From an uncultured virus (IMG/VR IMGVR_UViG_3300008111_000024) (Duplodnaviria > Heunggongvirae > Uroviricota > Caudoviricetes), in the IMG/VR virus record IMGVR_UViG_3300008111_000024: DNA of 20,000 bases; one strand, 5' to 3'. The notes under the pieces were generated by a model that was given only the letters and a program-made list of their open reading frames with translations, had not been told where the DNA came from and did not search any database. The position numbers and the translations under genes were made by a program. The first letter of the stretch is position 1. The number at the start of each line of letters is the position of its first letter. Shown in pieces: positions 8,740 through 16,282 of the stretch.

Positions 8740-9102
8740 TTAAAAAGTTATCTTTCCTCTATAAGTAGATTTAATTTTATCCAAGTACTCCTTCATTCCA
8801 ATCAAACACTGTTTATAATCGGTAGTCTCCCCCAAGTTAAAACGAACATTCTCTTCTTCTCTCTTGAATAACTCTATAATGGAATGGTTGATATCAGATA
8901 GAATCTCCTGATATATTCTTTCCTTATCTCTATGGTCAATAAGTTTGGATTCCAATTCATAAATCTCACCTTCCAATCTCTGAGTCTCACTCTCTTGAAA
9001 GAATTCATCCATCTCCACATCTCTATGTTTATCGATAAATTCCTTAAGACCTTTTTTCTTCTCATCACCAAAGATATCCTCGAATGTAATCTCCTTTCCC
9101 AT
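8740..9102 (-). CDS. Coiled-coil hypothetical protein (120 aa)
   Basis: ORF downstream of a host-type promoter; 3 nt from the next gene. Confidence 0.8.
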   Translation of the reverse strand: MGKEITFEDIFGDEKKKGLKEFIDKHRDVEMDEFFQESETQRLEGEIYELESKLIDHRDKERIYQEILSDINHSIIELFKREEENVRFNLGETTDYKQCLIGMKEYLDKIKSTYRGKITF

Positions 9103-9141
9103 TACTCAATAATTTTAATTCTATACATTACAACTTTTTTA

Positions 9142-9173
9142 CAAAGATAGTAAATTCTATAAAATTTTCCAAA
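9142..9173 (-). promoter_or_regulatory. Bacteroidota primary-sigma promoter
   Basis: TTTG-N20-TATCTTTG, a consensus match. Confidence 0.75.
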
Positions 9174-9328
9174 AATTTTTTTTCAGTATTTGAGTATAAA
9201 TTGAAAAGGGGGGTCGTGTTTTGAAAATACCCCCACATCTATAATTCTCCAAAACTAACTTTTTTTAATAGTTTTGGAAGATTATAACTCCACTTTACAT
9301 ATTAGTAGACTTTCACTTTACACATTAT

Positions 9329-9358
9329 AAAAAATCCCCACCTATAAAGATGGGGATT
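9329..9358 (-). terminator. Intrinsic terminator
   Basis: AATCCCCATC-TTTATA-GGTGGGGATT-TTTT on the minus strand. Confidence 0.7.
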
Positions 9359-9361
9359 AAA

Positions 9362-9454
9362 TCACTTTCTCCTTTCGTCACTCTTCCCTAAAACATATCC
9401 TACGGAGAAAATACCAATCACAATTACTGTGACAAAAAATACAGTCTCTCCCAT
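9362..9454 (-). CDS. 30-aa single-TM peptide (not in ORF track)
   Basis: MGETVFFVTVIVIGIFSVGYVLGKSDERRK*; bounded by terminators on both sides. Confidence 0.55.
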   Translation of the reverse strand: MGETVFFVTVIVIGIFSVGYVLGKSDERRK

Positions 9455-9477
9455 ATTAATATATACCTATGAAAAAC

Positions 9478-9507
9478 AAAAAACCCCTCCGTTGAAGAAG
9501 GGGTTTT
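9478..9507 (-). terminator. Intrinsic terminator
   Basis: AAAACCCCTTC-TTCAAC-GGAGGGGTTTTTT on the minus strand. Confidence 0.7.
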
Positions 9508-9602
9508 ACTATCCTGTGTTTTTACTTAAATTCCACACCATCCTAGACATACCTTACCGAAGGTAATCTTTTTGACAAATAAACAAATGTTCTTTTTCAT
9601 AA

Positions 9603-9863
9603 TTAAAATCCGTTATTACTGTAGTATTTTATTTTAGGTCCTTTGTACTTTACCTTAGTACGACAACCCTTTTTCTTAACTTTATATTTTCCTCCGTGAT
9701 TAAGTCCCACAGTCTTAGCCTGTTCAGCACTTATACTCTCGAAACACTTAAGGTCTTCAGAGTCAATCTTTGTCTCATCGACAACCACATCATCATCAGT
9801 CTCCTCTTCATATAATCCCATTATATGTTTTTTGTCTTCTTCTGTAATTATAAATTTTCCTAT
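9603..9863 (-). CDS. Leader-bearing small protein, probable ATA start (86 aa; 72 aa from internal ATG)
   Basis: In-frame extension gives (I/M)GKFIITEEDKKHIMGLYEE; TATTTAT 16 nt upstream of the ATA; acidic N-half and basic C-half. Confidence 0.6.
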   Translation of the reverse strand: MGKFIITEEDKKHIMGLYEEETDDDVVVDETKIDSEDLKCFESISAEQAKTVGLNHGGKYKVKKKGCRTKVKYKGPKIKYYSNNGF

Positions 9864-10005
9864 AGTATATTCTTTCCTAATAAATACCGAAATTTTCCCA
9901 AAAATTTTTTTTTAGATTTCCCCCTTAGGAATATAGAAGGGGGTCCATTTTTCCAAAAAAATTGTATAGACTTTTTTTAAGGGATTACCCCCCCTTTTTG
10001 GACCT

Positions 10006-10170
10006 GACAGACTGTCACCCACGGGGGGGATACGGAGGGGGCCCCCATACGGGGGGAGTATAGGGGGGTATGCCACCCCACCCCCACCTGTCAAGATGAC
10101 AATACCAAATAAAGTTATTAACATAGTGGTGTGTATAATATATCCCTGACAGGTTGTCTGTTCATAACTT
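10006..10170. other. Cluster 1 of DnaA-like boxes and TGACA/TGTCA palindromes, with G-tracts
   Basis: TTATTAACA 10115-10123; TTATGAACA (minus) 10159-10167; TGACA-GAC-TGTCA 10006-10018. Confidence 0.5.
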
Positions 10171-10181
10171 ATTGTGGGGGA

Positions 10182-10213
10182 CTTGTGTATGTAATATATT
10201 ATTCGTATCTTCG
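10182..10213 (+). promoter_or_regulatory. Bacteroidota-type promoter (variant)
   Basis: CTTG-N20-TATCTTCG upstream of the 10240 gene. Confidence 0.55.
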
Positions 10214-10239
10214 TAGACATTTAATTTTAATCTCCCCCT

Positions 10240-10665
10240 ATGTACTTCGGACCTGTATTCAATCTTACTTACGAACAACGAACTGAGTGTAGACTTAAAC
10301 AGAAGGACTATGCGAAGAAGGTAAGTAAGATGATTAAGAACCGTGAGTATACAGTGGGGACTGACCATCATAGAATCACCTTCCGTATTGTCAGTGTACT
10401 TGCAGGTCACAGTAACTATGATGTTAATGAGTATCGTCTTAATGTGGAGATTTCAAAAATAGAACTTCGTTATAGAGATGATGAGTCTTGGTCTAATCGT
10501 ACCCCATACAAAGGGGAGAGAATCCGTAAGTATGACATTAACAGATATAAGGAATTCATTCAGACTGAACTTATGGGATTCCTAAACATCTTTGGGTTTG
10601 GTCATCGTTATGGTCAGGGAGCTTCCATTTATCTTGAGACCCCCAAAATAATTAACCGTAGATAA
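10240..10665 (+). CDS. Hypothetical protein (141 aa)
   Basis: ORF with an upstream host-type promoter; basic and aromatic. Confidence 0.75.
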   Translation: MYFGPVFNLTYEQRTECRLKQKDYAKKVSKMIKNREYTVGTDHHRITFRIVSVLAGHSNYDVNEYRLNVEISKIELRYRDDESWSNRTPYKGERIRKYDINRYKEFIQTELMGFLNIFGFGHRYGQGASIYLETPKIINRR

Positions 10666-10697
10666 TTTGGTAGTGTCAAATATTATCACTACCTTTG
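10666..10697 (+). promoter_or_regulatory. Bacteroidota primary-sigma promoter
   Basis: TTTG-N20-TACCTTTG, a consensus match; no plus-strand ORF follows before the gap. Confidence 0.75.
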
Positions 10698-10761
10698 TAG
10701 TGTTGTTATAGGGGAGACCCTAGCAAAGGGTTCGACTCTTCAGTCGCAGAGGGTAGACTCC

Positions 10762-10809
10762 NNNNNNNNNNNNNNNNNNNNNNNNNNNNNNNNNNNNNNN
10801 NNNNNNNNN
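10762..10809. other. Assembly gap (48 N)
   Basis: Run of N; true length unknown. Confidence 0.99.
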
Positions 10810-11006
10810 AGACCTTCTAAGTCCATAGAGTTAATCACTATTATACGTTGGGGAACTTTCCCCTCTGTCTTATCTGTGATGGTGAACCTAAGTACTCCTA
10901 ATCCTATTCCCCCATCCTTACCATAGTATCTTACACTACAGTTGTTCTCCATACATTCCACCTTGGGAGTAAGTCCATCTAAGATTTTGTCTGTCATATT
11001 GTCCAT
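10810..11006 (-). CDS. Hypothetical protein, 3' end lost in gap (MDNMTDKILDGLTPK...)
   Basis: ATG at 11006 is 4 nt after TATTTAT (11011-11017); the frame is open into the N run. Confidence 0.55.
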
Positions 11007-11077
11007 AATAATAAATATATACCTTGAGAGAGGGGTAAACTTGTTTCCCGAATTTATGAGGGTACAATAAAATATAG

Positions 11078-11204
11078 TTATGAACACCTTAATTGTGAAT
11101 AACTTTTTTTATCCACATTGGGGACTGACACCCTGTCAGGGGGAAATTGTTGATAACTTTTTTTAAAAATAGTGGTCAAAAAATTTGGATTTGTCAAAAT
11201 GTCA
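11078..11204. other. Cluster 2 of DnaA boxes (origin-like element)
   Basis: TTATGAACA 11078, TTATTCACA (minus) 11094, TTATCCACA 11109, TTATCAACA (minus) 11148; CTGACA-CCC-TGTCAG 11125-11139. Confidence 0.65.
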
Positions 11205-11268
11205 GTCAGGGTTTCGATAGGGGATAATCGCTTTACAGGGTTTTAGTCCCCACTCTCTATACACAGTC

Positions 11269-11544
11269 CCCCACTTTCTACCACCGATAATGGTCCTTAC
11301 GCTATAGTAGTGACCACTTTTTCCCCTCTGTAGGTACTGTGAGAAGGGATTTTTTAGGTATATATGAACTCCAGAGAAAAATAGAAGTTATGGTACAGAG
11401 GCGGTGGAAACACGTAGTGTGTTAGGATTATCCTTCAACGGACCCTCGTTAGAGGGGAATTAATCGACCATAGTATAATATATATTAGTCCCCTTCGTAG
11501 TGGTGACAACTAATACCATATACAATAAGTGGTAGAAAGTGGGG
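11269..11544. repeat. 16-bp perfect long-range inverted repeat
   Basis: CCCCACTTTCTACCAC (11269-11284) and GTGGTAGAAAGTGGGG (11529-11544). Confidence 0.85.
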
Positions 11545-11921
11545 AGATATAACTTGTCATATAAAGGACAAACCCGTAGGGTTTTAAATACTATATGACA
11601 CATTATCTCCTTCGTTACCACACTATATACTCTATAGTTTGTTCAGTTCGTTTCATTGTTCAGTGTCTTTAGACCGACACGTAGTGGAGTGTAACTGAAC
11701 ATTATCTTATACTGAACATTAATTAAGAGTACAATATATATCTCTCACTTGTCACTTAATATATGGGGGACACCACAATAGTGGGGGGAATGAAAGAATC
11801 TAATCCTGAATGAAATCCGTAGTGAGTTTACGAACGGTAGGATGGAGTGAATGGATTAGAGTGTTTCATTATCCTATAAGTTTAAAACCTTATAATGATT
11901 ACATATAAGTCTATAACCTTA

Positions 11922-11928
11922 TATTTAT
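11922..11928 (+). promoter_or_regulatory. Putative phage (late-type) promoter TATTTAT driving the 13-gene array
   Basis: Same motif lies 4-5 or 16-18 nt upstream of ten starts in the window. Confidence 0.55.
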
Positions 11929-11932
11929 TATT

Positions 11933-12271
11933 ATGAATTACTTAGTCACCGAAAATCAGGTATCGAATCTTGCAATGACTTACTTAAATGGTAGATATCA
12001 TTTAGAGAAGTATAGAACCGATAAACACCCCGATATTATATTCTATGTTATTGAAGACAAGATATATATGGAATGGGACATTAAGAATAGTGATGTGTAT
12101 ATAAGTAAAAGATTGATGCACGAAATTAGAAGACATTTGGAGAATATATTTGGATTAGGTTTATATGACGGTAGAAAGGTATTTGATATGTGGGTTGCAC
12201 AGTATGTTGATACCTCGATAAATGATGTTCGTTTTAGTGAGACGTTACCTTACACAGTAAATGATATATGA
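11933..12271 (+). CDS. MKYIITE-family protein (MNYLVTE)
   Basis: Leader plus C-terminal LENIFGL...VFDMWV. Confidence 0.8.
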   Translation: MNYLVTENQVSNLAMTYLNGRYHLEKYRTDKHPDIIFYVIEDKIYMEWDIKNSDVYISKRLMHEIRRHLENIFGLGLYDGRKVFDMWVAQYVDTSINDVRFSETLPYTVNDI

Positions 12272-12579
12272 AAGTTAGAATAACAAATACTCAGTTACAC
12301 AAACTTATGGTGGACCACCTGAACTATCTTGCCAATAACGCATATGAAGGTCAGTTTGATTCATACATCATCTTATACTATAGTGATGAAGAAGAAGGCT
12401 TTGGTGATACAGATGTTATTATAGAACACGACTCTTATGACGGCAGATTATACATACAAAAAGATTACTTAAACACCTTCGTTAAAATGTTTCCCCTCGA
12501 TAGTGAGGACGCCTCTGAATTCATTAAAGAATGGTTCGAATGGAAGTACGGTGTCGAAGTAAAATATACTGAATCTTAA
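12268..12579 (+). CDS. MKYIITE-family protein (degenerate leader MKVRITNTQ)
   Basis: ATGA overlap; C-terminal MFPLDSEDASEFIKEWFEWKYGVEV. Confidence 0.8.
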   Translation: MKVRITNTQLHKLMVDHLNYLANNAYEGQFDSYIILYYSDEEEGFGDTDVIIEHDSYDGRLYIQKDYLNTFVKMFPLDSEDASEFIKEWFEWKYGVEVKYTES

Positions 12580-12580
12580 T

Positions 12581-12925
12581 ATGAAATACATTATAACAGA
12601 AAGTAAAATAAATAAATTTGTATCCGTTTATTTGAATTCACAAAAATGGGATTTAGAAGATATAGGTGACGGTGAATTTGATGTTACCGATGATAGTGAT
12701 GAGGGTGCAAAATTAAAATTTAGAATTCAAAATTCAACTACCGCACCTTACGAAGAATTTAATATGTTGTATATAGATGATGACCTAATTGTAAGAGTTG
12801 TTAATTTATTTAGTTTAAGCTTTAAAGATGCCACAAATTCAATCATTAATTGGTTTAATGAAAAATATAATACAAACATACCCGAGAATAGTTGGGAATG
12901 GTATATGAAAGATAAAGAAGAATAA
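12581..12925 (+). CDS. MKYIITE-family protein
   Basis: MKYIITESK; C-terminal LFSLSFKDATNSIINWFNEKY. Confidence 0.85.
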   Translation: MKYIITESKINKFVSVYLNSQKWDLEDIGDGEFDVTDDSDEGAKLKFRIQNSTTAPYEEFNMLYIDDDLIVRVVNLFSLSFKDATNSIINWFNEKYNTNIPENSWEWYMKDKEE

Positions 12926-12926
12926 T

Positions 12927-13250
12927 ATGAAATATATTATAACTGAAAGTAAAATTAATAGTATGATTAAGGATTATATCCTTAATAACTACGACGTTAT
13001 GGATGTCGACTTTGAAACCAAACGTGTTCATTTGGGCTCAGGTCCTAATGAAAAGGGTGAAACAAATGTGGTACAAAAAGTAATTGTTATCTATATTAAT
13101 AACATTAAGAATACTAAGAAATACGGCGAATTAAGAACTATTAAATCAGGTATCGCCAATTCTTTAGAAAACTTATTCGGTATTGATTTTAGAACTTACG
13201 GTTGTGAATGGGATTTAAACGTATATCAAGTTAAACGAACAGAGATATAA
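12927..13250 (+). CDS. MKYIITE-leader protein, divergent body
   Basis: MKYIITESK; LENLFG present but the WF motif is absent. Confidence 0.85.
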   Translation: MKYIITESKINSMIKDYILNNYDVMDVDFETKRVHLGSGPNEKGETNVVQKVIVIYINNIKNTKKYGELRTIKSGIANSLENLFGIDFRTYGCEWDLNVYQVKRTEI

Positions 13251-13251
13251 T

Positions 13252-13581
13252 ATGAAATATACTATAACAGAAGGTAAATTAGATAGTGTGATTGATTCTT
13301 TTATCACAAGCCAATTTGGTAACTTAGAACATCAGATGGATGGCGATAGACTTACCTTAACTAATGATAATGGTGACCCCCTTATTATTATCTTAGACTA
13401 TGACAATGTATATGAAGTGTTTGTATTGGACACCGTGTATGCTAGTATCTATAATCTATTCTCTTTAAATGGTTTTGATGATATACAACACCACCTAAGA
13501 AAATGGTTTAAGAAACACCTACACATAAACGCCGATGAGATTCAGACCTTTGATAACGAAGGTGTAGAATATATATACTAA
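13252..13581 (+). CDS. MKYIITE-family protein (MKYTITE)
   Basis: C-terminal LFSL...LRKWFKKHL. Confidence 0.85.
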   Translation: MKYTITEGKLDSVIDSFITSQFGNLEHQMDGDRLTLTNDNGDPLIIILDYDNVYEVFVLDTVYASIYNLFSLNGFDDIQHHLRKWFKKHLHINADEIQTFDNEGVEYIY

Positions 13582-13582
13582 T

Positions 13583-13891
13583 ATGAAATATACAATTAAT
13601 CATACCGACCTTAAACGTTTTATATTCATCTACTTATCTAAGACTGAGTATGTGACTCTTGGTGGTAAGTTTACTAATGAACTTACATTACGTAGAAAGG
13701 GAAATGAAGAGTATGTCTATGATGATTATATCTATACTTACGATGATAAAAGATTATTGGTGGAGACCAATCTTGTTTGGACCCTTGTAGGTTTATTTAA
13801 CATTAGTGAGGATGACGCTCTTGAGTATATTGGTGAGTGGTTTGAAATTACATATAAAGTACCCGTAGAGGAAATAATTGATTGGATTTAA
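13583..13891 (+). CDS. MKYIITE-family protein (degenerate leader MKYTINHTD)
   Basis: C-terminal LFNISEDDALEYIGEWFEITYKVPV. Confidence 0.85.
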   Translation: MKYTINHTDLKRFIFIYLSKTEYVTLGGKFTNELTLRRKGNEEYVYDDYIYTYDDKRLLVETNLVWTLVGLFNISEDDALEYIGEWFEITYKVPVEEIIDWI

Positions 13892-13892
13892 T

Positions 13893-14219
13893 ATGAAATA
13901 CATTATAACAGAATCACAGGTAGATGTAATGAAGAAGTATATGTATGATATACTTGACAAGGATTGCGTTAATTGGAATGTGGAGAAGTTTAACTTTAGA
14001 GAGATGATGGTTACTGATGAGTCGGGCGATGTCCTATTTAACTACTCGACTAACAATGAATACTTCGGTGAATTGATTGATACATTAATCATATCCCCCA
14101 AACTAATTAGAAAAGTTGAAGCCTTTCTTCCTCTTATGGATGAGTATTATATCTCTGATTGGTTCAGTGAGAAGTATAACCGTGTAGTGGATGAGATAAT
14201 TATAAGGGACGAAGAATAA
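13893..14219 (+). CDS. MKYIITE-family protein (108 aa, start revised)
   Basis: TAA-T-ATG junction; C-terminal ISDWFSEKYNRVV. Confidence 0.85.
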   Translation: MKYIITESQVDVMKKYMYDILDKDCVNWNVEKFNFREMMVTDESGDVLFNYSTNNEYFGELIDTLIISPKLIRKVEAFLPLMDEYYISDWFSEKYNRVVDEIIIRDEE

Positions 14220-14220
14220 T

Positions 14221-14616
14221 ATGAAATACATTATAACCGAAAATAAACTGAATCAAACCATTATGTCATATATCGATAAGGTATATGGTGATAAGAAAAT
14301 ATATATGGCCGAAGCTCTTATTGATGGTAAAGAAGTTGAGGGAGCTTATGATTTCTTTACTGAAGATTATTCAGAAGGAATTGATGAGGATTATTTATTC
14401 TTGTGGTCCGAAGCCAAGTATTACGAAAATACTATGATTAATGATAGTGTTCGTAAACGAAAACTATTAAGGGAATGCCCCATCTTAGAGATTACTAATA
14501 CAGGTAGTTCTAAAGGTAAACTTAATGAGTTATTCGGTGATAGATGGCACGAACCATTTAAAGAATGGTTTACTAATAAATTTGGTTTACCCGTTAAAAC
14601 AATATACTCCACTTAA
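14221..14616 (+). CDS. MKYIITE-family protein
   Basis: C-terminal LFGDRWHEPFKEWFTNKFGLPVKTI. Confidence 0.85.
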   Translation: MKYIITENKLNQTIMSYIDKVYGDKKIYMAEALIDGKEVEGAYDFFTEDYSEGIDEDYLFLWSEAKYYENTMINDSVRKRKLLRECPILEITNTGSSKGKLNELFGDRWHEPFKEWFTNKFGLPVKTIYST

Positions 14617-14617
14617 T

Positions 14618-15295
14618 ATGAAATACATTATAACAGAATCTCAGTATATAAAATTAACTGAACAGTCTGATGAAAGATTCGAAACTCCTTATAATAAAGA
14701 GTTTATGAAGAAGTATCATAAACCAACTAACTTAAACAATATATCTATTGATGATGCTATTGATGTTATATCAGGGATTATTGATGGTATACCAGGTATT
14801 GGGAATTTAATATCTGCGGGTATTGATGTTAGTCACGCTTTGGCGTATGGTATTAGATTCTTAAATTCAAATGACGAAAATGATAAAATTGAATATGCAA
14901 CTTTAGGTATCGTTACTTTAGGTGCTGCAACAATACCTGTTCAGGGTAATGCGTTACCTATTTTAGCTAGACAAGGTATTAAAAGTGTTTTGAAAAAAAC
15001 TCCTGAAGAAATACTACTTATAGGTAAAAAACTTGGGCTTTATAAACAAACAGTATTTATGTTATCTAAAACTAAATGGAAGTATAATATACTTTTAGTG
15101 TTAGCAAAAATATGTGGCGCAGAATTATTGGAGACATTAACAAATGTTGTTAAATATATTAAAGATTTAATACAAAAAATATCTAATGTTGATATAAAAA
15201 ATTCTCTTAAATCAATAATCTCTCTATTGAATGAATTTTTAAATGATGTCGATAGTATTAATACGGCAATTAAAATTAGTAAAAACTTAAAATAA
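14618..15295 (+). CDS. MKYIITE-leader protein with hydrophobic helical body (225 aa, start revised)
   Basis: DGIPGIGNLISAGIDVSHA and LGIVTLGAATIPVQG Gly/Ala-rich hydrophobic helices. Confidence 0.8.
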   Translation: MKYIITESQYIKLTEQSDERFETPYNKEFMKKYHKPTNLNNISIDDAIDVISGIIDGIPGIGNLISAGIDVSHALAYGIRFLNSNDENDKIEYATLGIVTLGAATIPVQGNALPILARQGIKSVLKKTPEEILLIGKKLGLYKQTVFMLSKTKWKYNILLVLAKICGAELLETLTNVVKYIKDLIQKISNVDIKNSLKSIISLLNEFLNDVDSINTAIKISKNLK

Positions 15296-15301
15296 ATTAA
15301 T

Positions 15302-15961
15302 ATGAACTTACAAGAACAAATATCAAGAATACAATCAATGATGAGATTATTGATTGAGGATGAACAAAAAACATATGAGAGTAAACCAATCATTTTAATT
15401 GGTCCACAGGGAACAGGAAAATCAACCACGGCAAGGGCATTGGCCGAAAAATTAAGTATACCATTAGTTGAGACAGATATTTTGATGACTGATGAAACAT
15501 ATGAAAATATGTGTAAAGGTCAGCCAGGTGTTGAGGTTAAAATTACAAGAGTTGCAGGTGGAGGTATAAATTATTCATCTAATAAAGAGTACGAATTTTG
15601 TGTTATGAATAAAATATTTGATAGGTACAGAGATAAAAAAATTGTTCTTGATATTGGTGGTTCACACGCCAAGTGGGAAGATGAACATTCATCAAAAATG
15701 AAAGAACTTTTTAACTCAACTCCAAATATATTTATTTTCAATGTTACAGGGGATGAGGATGAAACATATGAGTTTTTAAAGAAACGAAGAGAAGGTAGAG
15801 GTGAAAAAATATCACCCGAAAATGAAGAAAAATTCAGAAGAATTATAACTGATTTAAATAACTTCTACAGAGGAACTCAAAAGATATCTATCGTAAATAA
15901 AGAAGGTTCAGATAAAACAACAGAAGAACTTGTTGATGAAATTATTACAAAATTAACATAA
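15302..15961 (+). CDS. P-loop kinase (shikimate/NMP-kinase fold) with MNLQEQISRIQSMM leader
   Basis: IILIGPQGTGKSTTARALAEKLSIPLVETD Walker A; IVLDIGG; lid-like KKRREGR. Confidence 0.8.
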   Translation: MNLQEQISRIQSMMRLLIEDEQKTYESKPIILIGPQGTGKSTTARALAEKLSIPLVETDILMTDETYENMCKGQPGVEVKITRVAGGGINYSSNKEYEFCVMNKIFDRYRDKKIVLDIGGSHAKWEDEHSSKMKELFNSTPNIFIFNVTGDEDETYEFLKKRREGRGEKISPENEEKFRRIITDLNNFYRGTQKISIVNKEGSDKTTEELVDEIITKLT

Positions 15962-16281
15962 TGAACCTTCAAGAACAAATATCAAGAATACAATCAATGA
16001 TAGGAGTAATTAATGAATCACCATTCTTTAATAGAAGAGTCGACTTAGATAAAGTTAAAGAAATACTCGTACTTCATTCAGACCAAGTATACCACGAAAC
16101 GGATAGTTATGAACAATTTAAATATGAATTGACTTTAAGAGCCGTGGAAGCCGCAATATGGCAAGATTTCGGTTTGGGATGGGAAGACTTACCTAGTGAG
16201 GAAGAAATAAAATACGTTACTGAAGTTTCTGAAATGTTTGAGGACCTCATTAAACATCTATATAAATCACATCTTAAATAA
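15961..16281 (+). CDS. MNLQEQISRIQSM-leader hypothetical protein
   Basis: TAATG overlap; same leader as the preceding gene, ending VINE|S. Confidence 0.8.
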   Translation: MNLQEQISRIQSMIGVINESPFFNRRVDLDKVKEILVLHSDQVYHETDSYEQFKYELTLRAVEAAIWQDFGLGWEDLPSEEEIKYVTEVSEMFEDLIKHLYKSHLK

Positions 16282-16282
16282 T

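Noticed and set aside
9912..10410. ORFs 9912-10220 and 10162-10410 (minus)
   Set aside because: The first is a Gly/Pro-rich translation of G/C tracts and binding motifs; the second is antisense to the better supported 10240 gene.
10709..10761. tRNA gene (GGTTCGACTC)
   Set aside because: No cloverleaf, acceptor stem or CCA can be built; kept only as an ncRNA candidate.
10740..10761. C-terminus ESTLCD of the 10740-11087 ORF
   Set aside because: Frame continuity across an N gap of unknown true length is not evidence.
11269..11544. MITE or IS element bounded by the 16-bp inverted repeat
   Set aside because: No target-site duplication or transposase, and the repeat overlaps a locally recurring AGTCCCC motif.
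12576..14640. CRISPR array suggested by regularly recurring ~26-bp repeats
   Set aside because: Spacing is 300 bp or more, the repeats are coding leaders with synonymous variation, and there are no cas genes.
15302..15961. Gene symbol aroK
   Set aside because: The fold is supported but shikimate-specific residues cannot be confirmed by eye.
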